Part shown: one piece after another, positions 9,600 through 19,594 of the stretch
Layout: every line of letters begins with the position of its first letter
Numbering within the stretch: position 1 is the stretch's first letter
Source: Dehalococcoidia bacterium
GTDB lineage: Bacteria > Chloroflexota > Dehalococcoidia > Lucifugimonadales > UBA3495
DNA: 64,000 nucleotides
Assembly: GCA_965226875.1 (NCBI GenBank)
Contig: OZ245439.1
Span: forward strand, 488,570-552,569
Reading direction: 5' to 3'
Made by a program: the position numbers and the translations under genes
Notes under the pieces: model-generated
Databases searched by the model: none
What the model was told of the DNA's origin: nothing
Seen by the model: only the letters and a program-made list of their open reading frames with translations

Positions 9600-10745
9600 T
9601 TACCACAGCTCTTGGGAGGCCAGCCGGGTGCCCTCTACCATGGAGGCCAGCTTGGCCCAGGCGATTTGAGTCTCGACCTTTCGACCCCAGGCCGAGGTGC
9701 CGAAACCGCAGTCGCTACTGGCCATCACGTTTTCCCGGCCCACGGCGTTGGCGTAGTTGGCGATGCGCTGGGCGATCAGCTCCGGATGCTCAATGAAGTT
9801 GGTGGTGGTATCCAGCACGCCGGGGATCAATAGTTTGCCGTCGGGCAGGTCTATGTCTTCCCACAGCTTCCACTCGTGGGCATGGCGGGGATTGGCGCCC
9901 TCGAAGGACAGGCCGAGGGGCCGCGCCTTCAGCACCATGTCGACGATTTCCTTGAGCGGGATGTCATGATGATGCGGGCCCTCGGTATTCCCCCAGCAGA
10001 GATGCAGCCGCATCCGCTCCGGGTCGATGTCCTTCAGGGCGTAGTTGATGACCTCGACGTGCAGTTCCACCACCTTCTTGAATTCTTCCTCGGTCAGGTG
10101 GGAGAACTGGGAGACGCGGGTCATGGCAAGGTCGGGGCAGTCGATTTGAAGGAGGAGTCCCGCAGCGACGATGGCGTTGTACTCGTCCTTCATAACCTCT
10201 GCCAGGGCGTACAGGTAAGCCTCCTCTGTGGGGTAATACTCGTTGGGAAGAAAGTTGGCGATGACCCCCGGCGACGCCGCGGTCATGAACACTTCCTCCG
10301 CCGATGTGTTCGCCGACACCTCTTTCAGGGTTGCGATGTCCCGCTCCACCGCTGGCCAGTCCTTCCAGGCGATGGGGCCGGTACAGGCCGGTTGAGGCAT
10401 ATTGCGCGAGGAGAAATGCACCTGCGTCGCGGCGAAATCGGGGAAATCGGAGTCGTCCAGGCGCGGGCGGGCGCGCACCAGCCGCTCCCCCTCGAACCCC
10501 GTCAGGCGCTCTTTCACATAGGTGGCGTACTGGGAGCGGCCCTGCTCGCCGTCGTTTACCACGTCGATGCCGATGCCCTGCTGCCTGGTCACCACCTCGG
10601 ATACTGCTTCACGCACACCGGCGGCGAGCTGCCCGGAGTCGAACCCGGCCCGATCCTCGCGCTCCCGCAGGAGTTCCTGGAGGTGGGTCGACCGTGGCAG
10701 GCTGCCGGTGTGGGTGGTGAGAATCCTGGATTCGCTTCTCTTCAT
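9600..10745 (-). CDS. Cobalamin-independent methionine synthase II-like (MetE C-terminal/EaCoMT-like) protein
   Basis: ILTTHTGSLPR, NDGE, HLCWGN, SSDCGF Zn-ligand motifs. Confidence 0.88.
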   Translation of the reverse strand: MKRSESRILTTHTGSLPRSTHLQELLREREDRAGFDSGQLAAGVREAVSEVVTRQQGIGIDVVNDGEQGRSQYATYVKERLTGFEGERLVRARPRLDDSDFPDFAATQVHFSSRNMPQPACTGPIAWKDWPAVERDIATLKEVSANTSAEEVFMTAASPGVIANFLPNEYYPTEEAYLYALAEVMKDEYNAIVAAGLLLQIDCPDLAMTRVSQFSHLTEEEFKKVVELHVEVINYALKDIDPERMRLHLCWGNTEGPHHHDIPLKEIVDMVLKARPLGLSFEGANPRHAHEWKLWEDIDLPDGKLLIPGVLDTTTNFIEHPELIAQRIANYANAVGRENVMASSDCGFGTSAWGRKVETQIAWAKLASMVEGTRLASQELW

Positions 10746-10992
10746 GGTTCCTCCCGCTATCCAAAGCCTCTGGAGATTATATGCACCCGGAGACTTTGAT
10801 GCCAACGCGGGCGAGGTCTTTGATTGTTCCCTCTCCCTCCAGGGAAGGGGAGAATCGAAAGGCCCTGGAACCCGAGGCCGCCGGGGTTGCCTGTCGGCGC
10901 AAATAACGATATATTAAAGTGGATTACGAAATTCATAAGGCGGGTGTCGGAGCATCCGCCTTGGTGGTGGCAGCGCCGCCCCGGAGCAGTCT

Positions 10993-11454
10993 ATGTTGAC
11001 ACAGCAGGAGTTGGTAGACCGGATGCGCGAATGGGCCGTCCGGGTTACTCCGCAGCGGCTGGCCATCGCCGAAGTGGTATTGAACTCGCAGGACCACCCG
11101 ACGGTGCAGCAGATTTACGAGCGGGTGCGTGGCCACTTCCCTTCGATGACCCTGGCCACCATATACTCGACGCTGGGAGTGCTGCAAAAGAGCGGCCTGA
11201 TTCAGGAGCTCCCTTTTCAGCGGATGTCGCGCTACGAGCCCAACATGGAGCCGCACGTCAACCTGGTCTGCATAGAGTGCGAGAACGTCATTGACGCCGA
11301 TACCGCCAGCGAAGTCCACGACTTGGTGGTGAGCCTGCGAAACAGCATCGCCAACAGCACCGACTTCGAGGTGGGGTGGCAGCGGGTGGACTTCTACGGT
11401 CTGTGCCCCCGTTGCGTCGCCGCCAAGCGTAGGGGAGAACTGGCGGAGGTCTGA
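10993..11454 (+). CDS. Fur/PerR family transcriptional regulator
   Basis: RVTPQR, HPT, LATIY, CIEC...CPRC. Confidence 0.9.
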   Translation: MLTQQELVDRMREWAVRVTPQRLAIAEVVLNSQDHPTVQQIYERVRGHFPSMTLATIYSTLGVLQKSGLIQELPFQRMSRYEPNMEPHVNLVCIECENVIDADTASEVHDLVVSLRNSIANSTDFEVGWQRVDFYGLCPRCVAAKRRGELAEV

Positions 11455-11526
11455 ACGGGCCTTCCCTCTCCCTCCGGGGGACGGTCAGGGTGAGGGCGCA
11501 ACAGTCAGTCCTGCGAAAGTAATGAA

Positions 11527-11559
11527 GAAACCGGCCGGTGTTCCGCACTGGCCGGTTTC
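11527..11559. terminator. Probable intrinsic terminator hairpin
   Basis: GAAACCGGCCGG..CTGGCCGGTTTC followed by GTTTT. Confidence 0.5.
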
Positions 11560-11579
11560 GTTTTGCGGAGGTTCCAGCG

Positions 11580-11936
11580 ATGATTACGGGAGTGGTGGGC
11601 GTCACCTTCTGGACCGACGACCTGGAGCGGATGTTCCGCTTCTACAACGATGTGCTGCAACTGCCGCTGCATTCCCGGCATCCCGACTTCATCGCCTTCG
11701 AGCTGGGCGAGGTGCGCTTCAATATCGGGCAGCACGACCGGGTCTCGGGGGCGTCGAAAGACCCCTTCCGTTTCATGCCCCACCTGGGCGTGGCCGACAT
11801 CCACGCCGTCGCGGCGCGGCTGGCCGAGGCGGGGGTGGAGTTCATACGGCAACCGGAGCAGGAGAGTTGGGGAGGTTGGGTCGCCACCTTCCGCGATCCT
11901 GACGGAAACACGCTGCAACTGCTGCAACTTGTATAA
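11580..11936 (+). CDS. VOC/glyoxalase family protein
   Basis: DLERMFRFYNDVL...WGGWVATFRDPDGN. Confidence 0.85.
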   Translation: MITGVVGVTFWTDDLERMFRFYNDVLQLPLHSRHPDFIAFELGEVRFNIGQHDRVSGASKDPFRFMPHLGVADIHAVAARLAEAGVEFIRQPEQESWGGWVATFRDPDGNTLQLLQLV

Positions 11937-12019
11937 TTCGCATAGTGCAGGGTATGCCCTCACTCTTACCTTCTCCCAGAGGGAGAGGGAACCTGATCAT
12001 TCGCTTTGGAGGTCCCGTA

Positions 12020-12814
12020 ATGGCCCAACTGAGCAAGGCGGAAAGAGCGGCCCGGCATCTTTTCGAGGCCCACCGCGACCGGCAGCCCTACCAGCCGCTA
12101 CCCGATGACATCTCGCCCGCTACTATCGAGGAAGCCTACGATATGCAGGAGGCGTTTCAGTCGTTGCTGGCGCCGGAGCGTGGGGTAATCGCCGGTTACA
12201 AGATCGCGCTCACCACCCCGGTGATGCAGGCGATGGTCGGGTTCGACGCCCCCTGCGCCGGCGCGGTCTTCGAGAGCGGCGTCCACCACTCACCGGCGGC
12301 GGTGAAGGCCGCCGACTACGTCCGGCTGGGCGCGGAGTGCGAGGTCGCAGTGCGCCTGCAATCGGGCCTGCCCGCCGGTGGCGCACCCTACGGACGCGAC
12401 GGCGTGGCGGCGGCGGTGGGCGCGCTGATGCCCGCCTTCGAGCTGGTGGACGACCGGGGGGCCGATTACAGCAGCCTCTATTTCCTTGGCGTCGCCGCCG
12501 ACAACGCTTGGAACGCCGGGGTGGTACTGGGGCAGGAGCAGGCGGACTGGCAAAACCTCGACCTGGAAGGCTCCAAGGGCGCGATGACCATCAACGGGCA
12601 GCCCGCCGGAGAGGGCTACGGGCGCGACGTCTTGGGGCATCCACTGGACGCGCTGGCCTGGCTGGCCAACACCCTGGCCGGGAGAGGCAAGGAATTGCAT
12701 TCGGGAATGCTGGTGATGACCGGCAGCATTGTAAGCACCAAGTTCCTGAACCCCGGCGACGAGGCGGCCTTCACCTTCGAGGGCCTCGGCGACATCCGCC
12801 TGAACGTCGGCTGA
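12020..12814 (+). CDS. 2-keto-4-pentenoate hydratase-like (FAH superfamily)
   Basis: GYKIALT, ECEVA, ADNAWN, GHPLDALAWLAN, MTGS. Confidence 0.88.
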   Translation: MAQLSKAERAARHLFEAHRDRQPYQPLPDDISPATIEEAYDMQEAFQSLLAPERGVIAGYKIALTTPVMQAMVGFDAPCAGAVFESGVHHSPAAVKAADYVRLGAECEVAVRLQSGLPAGGAPYGRDGVAAAVGALMPAFELVDDRGADYSSLYFLGVAADNAWNAGVVLGQEQADWQNLDLEGSKGAMTINGQPAGEGYGRDVLGHPLDALAWLANTLAGRGKELHSGMLVMTGSIVSTKFLNPGDEAAFTFEGLGDIRLNVG

Positions 12815-12862
12815 ACGGCTGCGATTTATCCGAAGGCCGCCCGACAGGCCAGCCCGACCCGG

Positions 12863-13966
12863 CTACGCAATCAGCATGGCGTCGCCGAAGCTGTAGAAGC
12901 GGTAACGCCGCCGGATAGCCTCGGCGTAGACGCCCAGCATCATCTCCCGGCCCGAAACGCCTGCGCCTGCGCCGTGTTCGGCGAAGGCCGAGACCAACAT
13001 CAGCAGGGTCGAGCGGGGCAGGTGGAAGTTGGTGATCATCGCGTCCACGCAGCGGAAGCGGTGCCCGGGGAGGATGTAGATGCCAGCGTCGTCCTCCACT
13101 GGCGCGAAGACTGCCCGGCCATCCGCGACGGCCTGCTCCAGCACGCGGACGCTGGTGGTGCCGACGGCGATGATGCGGCGGCCCTCGACGCGGGCACGGT
13201 TCAGCGAATCGGCGGCGTCTGCGTCCAGCGAGTAGTGCTCCGTGTGTATGCTGTGCGCCGCCGGGTCTTCCTCTTGTACAGGGCGAAAGGTATCCAGCCC
13301 GACGTGCAGTGTGACGAACGCGGTCTCCACTTCAGCGGCGCGGATGCGGGAGAGCAATTCCGGCGTGAAGTGCAGGCCGGCGGTGGGGGCGGCGGCGCTG
13401 CCGGGCTGGCGGGCGTAGACCGTCTGGTAGCGCTCCGGGTCTTCCAGCGTCCGGCGGATGTAGGGCGGCAGCGGAGTATGCCCCATACGCTCAATTGCGT
13501 CCTCCGACGATAGCCGAACGATCTTTGTGCCGTTGGGCCGCGACTCTAGGATTTCGACGGTCAGCGTCGCGTCCTTTCTATCTTCCTCTCCCTCCAGGCG
13601 AGGGTTGGGGTGGGGGCCTTCCCTGCCGGGTGGGGTTACCGTAACCGTTGCGCCAGGGCGCAGGCGGCGGCCCGGGCGGGCCAGCGCCTGCCATAGGCCC
13701 TCGGCTTGGCGGCGGAGCAGCAGCAACTCCACCCGCCCGCCGTTGTCGTCGCGGACTCCGAGCAGCCGGGCGGGAATCACCCGGCTCTGGTTGAATACCA
13801 TCAGGTCGCCGGGGCGCAGATAGTCCGGAACATCGGTAAAGTGGCGATGTTCCGTTCTGCCGGTGGCCCGGTCCAGCGCCAGAAGGCGGGACGAATCACG
13901 CGGCTCCACCGGCGTCTGGGCAATGAGTTCGGAGGGCAGTTCGTAGTCGAAATCGCTGGTTCGCAC
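12863..13966 (-). CDS. queA: S-adenosylmethionine:tRNA ribosyltransferase-isomerase
   Basis: FDYELP..IAQ, PLPPYI, YQTVYA, AAPTAGLHFT, TNFHLPRST, YRFYSFGDAM. Confidence 0.97.
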   Translation of the reverse strand: MRTSDFDYELPSELIAQTPVEPRDSSRLLALDRATGRTEHRHFTDVPDYLRPGDLMVFNQSRVIPARLLGVRDDNGGRVELLLLRRQAEGLWQALARPGRRLRPGATVTVTPPGREGPHPNPRLEGEEDRKDATLTVEILESRPNGTKIVRLSSEDAIERMGHTPLPPYIRRTLEDPERYQTVYARQPGSAAAPTAGLHFTPELLSRIRAAEVETAFVTLHVGLDTFRPVQEEDPAAHSIHTEHYSLDADAADSLNRARVEGRRIIAVGTTSVRVLEQAVADGRAVFAPVEDDAGIYILPGHRFRCVDAMITNFHLPRSTLLMLVSAFAEHGAGAGVSGREMMLGVYAEAIRRRYRFYSFGDAMLIA

Positions 13967-14000
13967 GGGCAAATCCGGTTGCCTGAAATGCACGGAGCGG

Positions 14001-14891
14001 CTAATGCCCGTGGATGCTGATGCGGGCGGCGGTGAGGGTGTTGACCAGCAGCATGGCGATGGTCATGGGGCCGACACCGCCGGGGACGGGCGTGATGGCC
14101 GCGGCCTTTTCGGAGACCGCCTTGAAATCCACGTCGCCCCTCAGCCGGTAGCCGCGCCGGGCCGAGTCGTCGGGGACGCGGTTGATGCCCACGTCGATTA
14201 CCACTGCGCCATCCCTGACCATATCGGCCGTAATCGCCGCTGGCCGCCCAATCGCCGCCACCAGTATGTCGGCGTTGCGGGTGACGTCGCCCAGGTCGCG
14301 GGTGCGGGTGTGGCAGACGGTGACCGTGGCGTTGCCGCCGCGCCCTCGCTGCATCAGCAGGGCCGCCAGCGGCTTGCCCACGATGTCGCTGCGCCCGCAT
14401 ATCACCACGTTCGCGCCGTCCGGGTCGTGACCGTTTCGCAGCAGCAGTTCGACGATGCCGGCGGGGGTGCAGGGGGCGAAGTCGGGGCGGCCCTGGAGCA
14501 GCTTGCCCAGGTTGTAGGGATGTATGCCGTCAACGTCCTTGTACGGGGCGATGGCTTCGACTATGAGGTGCTGGTCAATGCCGCCGGGCAAAGGAAGCTG
14601 CACCAGGATGCCGTGAATTCGCGGGTCTTCGTTGAACCCCCTGACGGCGGAAAGGATTTCATCTTCGGCCGCCGTGCCAGGCAGGTGAACGGAATCGCTG
14701 AACAGTCCGGCCTGCTGGCAGGCTTTCTGTTTGTTGGCGACATATACCGCAGACGCCGGGTCGCCGCCCACCAGCACCACCGCCAGACCGGGCGTTACGC
14801 CGTGCTTCTCCTGCATCTCGACGACACCGGACGCGACTTCGCCGCGTATCTCAGCCGACAGGTCTCTCCCGGACAGAATCTTGGCCGCCAC
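14001..14891 (-). CDS. folD: Methylenetetrahydrofolate dehydrogenase/cyclohydrolase (start approximate)
   Basis: HGILVQLPLP, KDVDG, PCTP, GRSDIVGKP, TPVPGGVGPMT. Confidence 0.97.
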   Translation of the reverse strand: MAAKILSGRDLSAEIRGEVASGVVEMQEKHGVTPGLAVVLVGGDPASAVYVANKQKACQQAGLFSDSVHLPGTAAEDEILSAVRGFNEDPRIHGILVQLPLPGGIDQHLIVEAIAPYKDVDGIHPYNLGKLLQGRPDFAPCTPAGIVELLLRNGHDPDGANVVICGRSDIVGKPLAALLMQRGRGGNATVTVCHTRTRDLGDVTRNADILVAAIGRPAAITADMVRDGAVVIDVGINRVPDDSARRGYRLRGDVDFKAVSEKAAAITPVPGGVGPMTIAMLLVNTLTAARISIHGH

Positions 14892-15197
14892 CGGCACGTC
14901 TCCCAATGCACCTTATGCCAGGAATTGTAACATGGGACTGCATCGGTGAGCGGTTAGGCGCGGCAGTACATAGTGAACTGCTGGAGCCAACTCTAGACAA
15001 ATTGGAAACAGTCGCAGACGCCTCCGAACTGTTCGTGCGGTCGGCAAAACTGGTGAGTCTGCGGAAAATGACGGGAGCGCGCCACACCATACTCCACACC
15101 TTCAATTTCGCAATGGTCAGCCCATGACCTGCCATTGCCTTGTATGCCGCTGGCGCGTGGAATTATACTGGCCGTACTCTGCGATGAGGGGTGCTCC

Positions 15198-16121
15198 ATG
15201 CGTATCTGCTCTCTGCTTCCCAGCGCTACCGAAATGGTGTTCGCCCTAGGGTTGGGCGACGACTTGGTGGGCGTGTCCTATGCCTGCGACTACCCCGACG
15301 AGGCGGCATCGCGCCCGGTGGTCAGTCACAGCTTGCGGAACATCAAGCACCTGGACAGCGGAGAGATTGACGCGCTGGTGCAACAGGCCCGCGCCAACAA
15401 TAACCCGATGTACTGGATCGACGAGGAGTTGCTGGCCCGGCTGCGTCCCGATCTGATAATCACGCAGGAACTCTGCGAAGTCTGCGCCATCGCCAGCGGC
15501 TCGGTCTTCGAGACGGCGGCCAGGGTGCTGGACTACCAGCCGGAGATACTGACCATCCGTCCCAGCGGGATCGAAGACATCCTGCAAAATATCACAAACC
15601 TCGCCGACGCCGCCGGAGTCTCGGAGCGGGGCAGCGAGCTACGCGAGTCGCTGAATGCGCGAGTCGAGAAGGTAATGGGCGGAGTGCCCCCGGACACTAC
15701 GCGCCCCCGTGTCGTATGTCTGGATTGGCTGGACCCGCTGCGCAATACCGGGCAGTGGCTGCCGGAGATTTCGGAAATGGCCGGGGGCGAGGAAGGGCTG
15801 GCCACTCCGCGCGGACACTCCCGAGAGCTGTCATGGGACGAGGTGCGGAATTACGCGCCGGAGTACCTGATGATTATGCCCTGCGCCTTCGGCCCGGAAC
15901 GCTCGCGGCAGGAAGCCGAGGACAAGCTGACGGTGCTGCCGGGCTGGGATGACCTGCCGGCAGTGCGCGACGGACGGGCCTACGTGTTCGACGGGCGCAT
16001 CCCCAGCCGTCACGGGCCGCGTGTCGTAGATGTGCTGGAAGGGCTGGCCGAAGTCCTGCACCCGGAGCGCTTTGAGGGTCTGGCCCCGCCCGGAATCTTC
16101 GACCCGCAGCCCTTCAGATAA
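15198..16121 (+). CDS. BtuF-like cobalamin/Fe-siderophore binding protein, no obvious signal peptide
   Basis: MRICSLLPSATE, CDYP, PDLIITQELCEVCA, SRHGPR. Confidence 0.8.
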   Translation: MRICSLLPSATEMVFALGLGDDLVGVSYACDYPDEAASRPVVSHSLRNIKHLDSGEIDALVQQARANNNPMYWIDEELLARLRPDLIITQELCEVCAIASGSVFETAARVLDYQPEILTIRPSGIEDILQNITNLADAAGVSERGSELRESLNARVEKVMGGVPPDTTRPRVVCLDWLDPLRNTGQWLPEISEMAGGEEGLATPRGHSRELSWDEVRNYAPEYLMIMPCAFGPERSRQEAEDKLTVLPGWDDLPAVRDGRAYVFDGRIPSRHGPRVVDVLEGLAEVLHPERFEGLAPPGIFDPQPFR

Positions 16122-16248
16122 AAATCTTCGATCATAAAAGTCCCCCCTCTCCTCTGGGAAAGGGTTGGGGTGAGGGCGTTCCCGGGAATCCATTGCCATT
16201 TTCATAGCGTATCCATCAACGAGCACTCCATCAGCAAGTGGTGGCCAA

Positions 16249-17148
16249 GTGGCTGTAAGTGAAAGGTATTTTGCAGGTCGGGGGCGCACCTGGACGGTAA
16301 CGATCCTGGTCGCGGCGGCGGCGCTGGCTGTGGCTGTTGGCGGCGCGTTGGCGGCCGGCAGCGGAGGTGGGATTGACCCGGTCAATCTGTTCGTCGATGG
16401 TAAGCTGTCGGGGAATTCGCAGGAGTTTCTGGGCGGGCTGATTGGCGGCACTGCGCTCTTCGCATTCGCTGCGGGAATGGCTTCGGCGGTCAATCCCTGC
16501 GGGTTTGCCATGCTCCCCGCCTACCTGGGCCTGTACCTTGGCTCCAACCTGGCCGAGGAGGAGCGCCCCGGGCCGGTGGCCGCGATACTGCGCGGTCTCG
16601 TGGTGGGTGGTGCGGTGTCTGCCGGGTTCATTCTGCTTTTCGGAGTTGTCGGCGGCGCGGTGGGACTGTCGGCATCATTCATCAGCGACCTGCTGCCCTG
16701 GCTCGGCCTGATAATCGGCGCGGCGCTGGTGGGGGCGGGGGCCTGGATGGTGGCGGGCGGCAAGCTCTACACCGGCATCGCCGCCCGGGCCGCCGACCGC
16801 TTGGGGAACCCCAACACCGTGAGCGTCCGCAGCTTCTTCACCTTCGGCCTGAGCTATGGCACTGCGTCATTGAGCTGCACTTTGCCCATCTTCATCGCCG
16901 TGGTGGGCATTGGCAGCGCCACCGACTCGCTGTTGCAGGTGGTGGGTAACTTCTTCCTCTATGCCTTCGGAATGGGGCTGGTGATATTGGTGATGACCTT
17001 GGGCATGGCGATATTCAAGGGCGCCATGGTGCGCGTGATGCGCCGCGCCCTGCCCTACATCCAGCCCATCGCCTCAGCATTCATGGTGATCGCCGGAGCC
17101 TACATCGTCTTTTACTGGTTGACCGTTGGGCGCGGCAACCTTTTTTAG
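16249..17148 (+). CDS. CcdA/DsbD-like transmembrane electron transporter
   Basis: NPCGFAMLPAYL and SLSCTLP Cys motifs, multiple TM helices. Confidence 0.85.
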   Translation: MAVSERYFAGRGRTWTVTILVAAAALAVAVGGALAAGSGGGIDPVNLFVDGKLSGNSQEFLGGLIGGTALFAFAAGMASAVNPCGFAMLPAYLGLYLGSNLAEEERPGPVAAILRGLVVGGAVSAGFILLFGVVGGAVGLSASFISDLLPWLGLIIGAALVGAGAWMVAGGKLYTGIAARAADRLGNPNTVSVRSFFTFGLSYGTASLSCTLPIFIAVVGIGSATDSLLQVVGNFFLYAFGMGLVILVMTLGMAIFKGAMVRVMRRALPYIQPIASAFMVIAGAYIVFYWLTVGRGNLF

Positions 17149-18538
17149 CCGCGTCGGTCGGCCCAGTGTCCTGGCCGGCTTAATGCTGGCCGCCCTCAGC
17201 CTGCTGGCGCTGGCCTGCGTCGGAATCGGCCTTCCGCCCGGGGATATTCCAACCACCACACCCGCAGCTACCCAAAACGTCCCGACTGCCGAGGCTAACC
17301 CTACTGCAACCTCGACGGCGGCGCCCCGGCCCACGGAGCGGACCATGACGGCTGCCCCTGCGACAGCCACCGCCGATCAGCCAACGGCAGAGCCATCGGC
17401 CACTGCTGCGTCCTCCGCCGCCACAACCACAGGTTCGGACTGGCCCGTCCCGATGGTGGAACCGGACCCGGACTTTCAGAACGCCCTCGACTCGGCCCGG
17501 TTCGGCCGAGGGCGGTGGCTGACCAACTTCAGCCTGCACACCGTCCCCTACGATGAGTTCCTGTCCGGGGGCGTCCCCCGCGACGGCATCCCGCCGCTGG
17601 ACGATCCCAAGTTCGAGAGCATCGTTGACGCCGACGGCTGGCTTGAGGATGTGCAGCCGGTGGTCGCGCTGGAAATCAACGGCGCGGCCCGGGCCTATCC
17701 CCTTGCGATACTGACCTGGCACGAGATTGCCAACGATACGCTGGGCGGGGTGCCGGTGTCGGTCACCTTCTGCCCGCTGTGCAACTCGGCGGTGGCCTTT
17801 GACCGGCGGGTGGGCGAGGCGACGCTGGACTTCGGCGTATCGGGCAACCTGCGCCACAGCGACCTTGTGATGTGGGACCGGCAGACGGAGAGCTGGTGGC
17901 AGCAGCTTACAGGCGAGGGAATCGTTGGAGCCTACGCCGGCTACCAACTGGACCTGCTTCCCGCGCAACTGGTCTCGTGGCGGGACTTCAAAGCGGCCTT
18001 CCCCGACGCCGACGTGCTGTCGCGGGATACAGGCCACAACCGTGACTACGGGCGCAACCCGTACAGCAGCTACGACCGCGCCGACCAGTCTCCGTTCCTC
18101 TTCAAGGGCCGTCCCGACGAGCGCCTGCTGCCCATGGAGCGAGTGGCCGCCCTTCTGCTCGACGGGCAACCTCTGGCCTTCCCCTTCCTGCTGCTGGAGG
18201 AGGAGCGGGCCGTCAACTACCCGGCGGACGGGCGGGACATCGTGGTGCTGTTCCAGCCAGGCACCGCCTCGGCCCTCGGCCAGTCTCGCATCGCCGACTC
18301 CAGGGACGTTGGCTCCACCGGCGTATTCGAGGCCGCGCTGGACGGGCAGACACTGACATTCCGCGCCGAGGGCGACGGCTTCGTCGACGAGCAGACCGGC
18401 TCTCTCTGGAATGTCCTGGGGCAAGCCGTCGGCGGGCCATTGGCTGGAAAGTCCCTGGCGCCCATAGTCCACGGCAACCACTTCTGGTTCGCCTGGGCCG
18501 CCTTCGCCCCGGAGACGTGGGTGTACGGCGGCGGGTAG
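17126..18538 (+). CDS. DUF3179 domain lipoprotein (CxxC); start may be 17183
   Basis: GVPRDGIPPLD, AYPLAILTWHEI, TFCPLCNS, WDRQTESWWQQ, FWFAWAAF. Confidence 0.85.
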   Translation: MGAATFFSRVGRPSVLAGLMLAALSLLALACVGIGLPPGDIPTTTPAATQNVPTAEANPTATSTAAPRPTERTMTAAPATATADQPTAEPSATAASSAATTTGSDWPVPMVEPDPDFQNALDSARFGRGRWLTNFSLHTVPYDEFLSGGVPRDGIPPLDDPKFESIVDADGWLEDVQPVVALEINGAARAYPLAILTWHEIANDTLGGVPVSVTFCPLCNSAVAFDRRVGEATLDFGVSGNLRHSDLVMWDRQTESWWQQLTGEGIVGAYAGYQLDLLPAQLVSWRDFKAAFPDADVLSRDTGHNRDYGRNPYSSYDRADQSPFLFKGRPDERLLPMERVAALLLDGQPLAFPFLLLEEERAVNYPADGRDIVVLFQPGTASALGQSRIADSRDVGSTGVFEAALDGQTLTFRAEGDGFVDEQTGSLWNVLGQAVGGPLAGKSLAPIVHGNHFWFAWAAFAPETWVYGGG

Positions 18539-18968
18539 TAGCGACAACCGTCAGAACTGTAACTTCAGCTGGTGGGGATGGTGTTTATGGATAAAGGCCC
18601 ACACCACCGGGATATCAACTGATATATCCAGCCCTCGCACGCTTCGGACGCCCGACAGCCACAGTCGCGAGCCGGGTTCCATCTGCCGTTCTGGGGCTCG
18701 GGCTTGTATGGGGATGACCAAGAGCGGCAGATAGCGAGCCCATACTCGAATGGCGAAGCCAAATTGTGTATGCGCTATTGGCTCTATGACCTCAACGAGG
18801 CAAGGGTCAGGCAAGCCATTGCGGTGGTAGACGGCGAAAGACGCCGATGATACCATACACATTACTCTCCTACGTGGGGGGAGTCGGGGCCTTGGCCGGG
18901 GCTGGAAATCCGCCGAGGCCCCTTGTTTATTGTATGTTGTGTCTCGTATTCTGTCTACAGTATATGAG

Positions 18969-19127
18969 CTAGGGCGTGCTTGCAAACTATGATCCAGAGC
19001 AAAATCGGACTGGTCTCACCATGTTCAGTCAGCCATCTGCCTCCACTTTGTCCTTGTCGGAGACGCTTCGGCCTCGCTTGATATGGTCGGTTTCAGGACA
19101 CGTTGGGAGTTTGCAAACACGCCCTAG
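18969..19127. mobile_element. MITE-like element (IS5-like ends) inserted at CTAG
   Basis: CTAGGGCGTGCTTGCAAACT (18969-18988) and AGTTTGCAAACACGCCCTAG (19108-19127) are 19/20 inverted. Confidence 0.75.
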
Positions 19128-19594
19128 TGTTTGGCTCTGTAGGTGCCCCGACTGACGCGCTCTAGGCGGTCGTCGCTGGAAAAGCGAGCCAATAGGGTGC
19201 TAGCTGGGTCCTTACCCGTTACAACTACCCCTTGGGCCATCATTGCCTCGTATATATCGCGGAAATGTCGCGCTTCCGGATAGATGCTATCCATGAAGGC
19301 GACTACTCGTTCGGCGTACTCAGTTGCGATTCCACTGTTTTTTCTGACTACGGACTCAGAGCCAACCAACATTTTCTTCTCACCTTCGGGGTGATAGTCT
19401 TCAGGGGACCGTGGTTCATATGGGACGCCTTTGGATTCAAAGATTTTCTCGTATGCGTCAAGCAAGTCAGCCAGATCCTTTTCTCGTTGTTGAGATTCCA
19501 AGATGCTCTTCTTAACCCGACTGTGCTCCTCCAGCGTTTTGCTGTACTCAGTGGCTAGGTCGACAAGAACCGGATTGCAATTCCCGGTTTCCAT
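19124..19594 (-). CDS. Hypothetical protein: coiled coil plus probable C-terminal winged HTH (HARE-HTH-like)
   Basis: GGAGGG RBS before ATG 19594; C-terminus 'HFRDIYEAM..GKDPASTLLARFSSDDRLERVSRGTY'; lower-GC segment. Confidence 0.6.
   Translation of the reverse strand: METGNCNPVLVDLATEYSKTLEEHSRVKKSILESQQREKDLADLLDAYEKIFESKGVPYEPRSPEDYHPEGEKKMLVGSESVVRKNSGIATEYAERVVAFMDSIYPEARHFRDIYEAMMAQGVVVTGKDPASTLLARFSSDDRLERVSRGTYRAKH

Noticed and set aside
10898-10940. AT-rich tract upstream of the Fur/PerR gene as an autoregulatory box
   Set aside because: Plausible, but no clean 7-1-7 inverted repeat could be read.
14906-15127. 73-aa ORF between folD and the BtuF-like gene
   Set aside because: No RBS or recognisable motif; may be a remnant but is unsupported.
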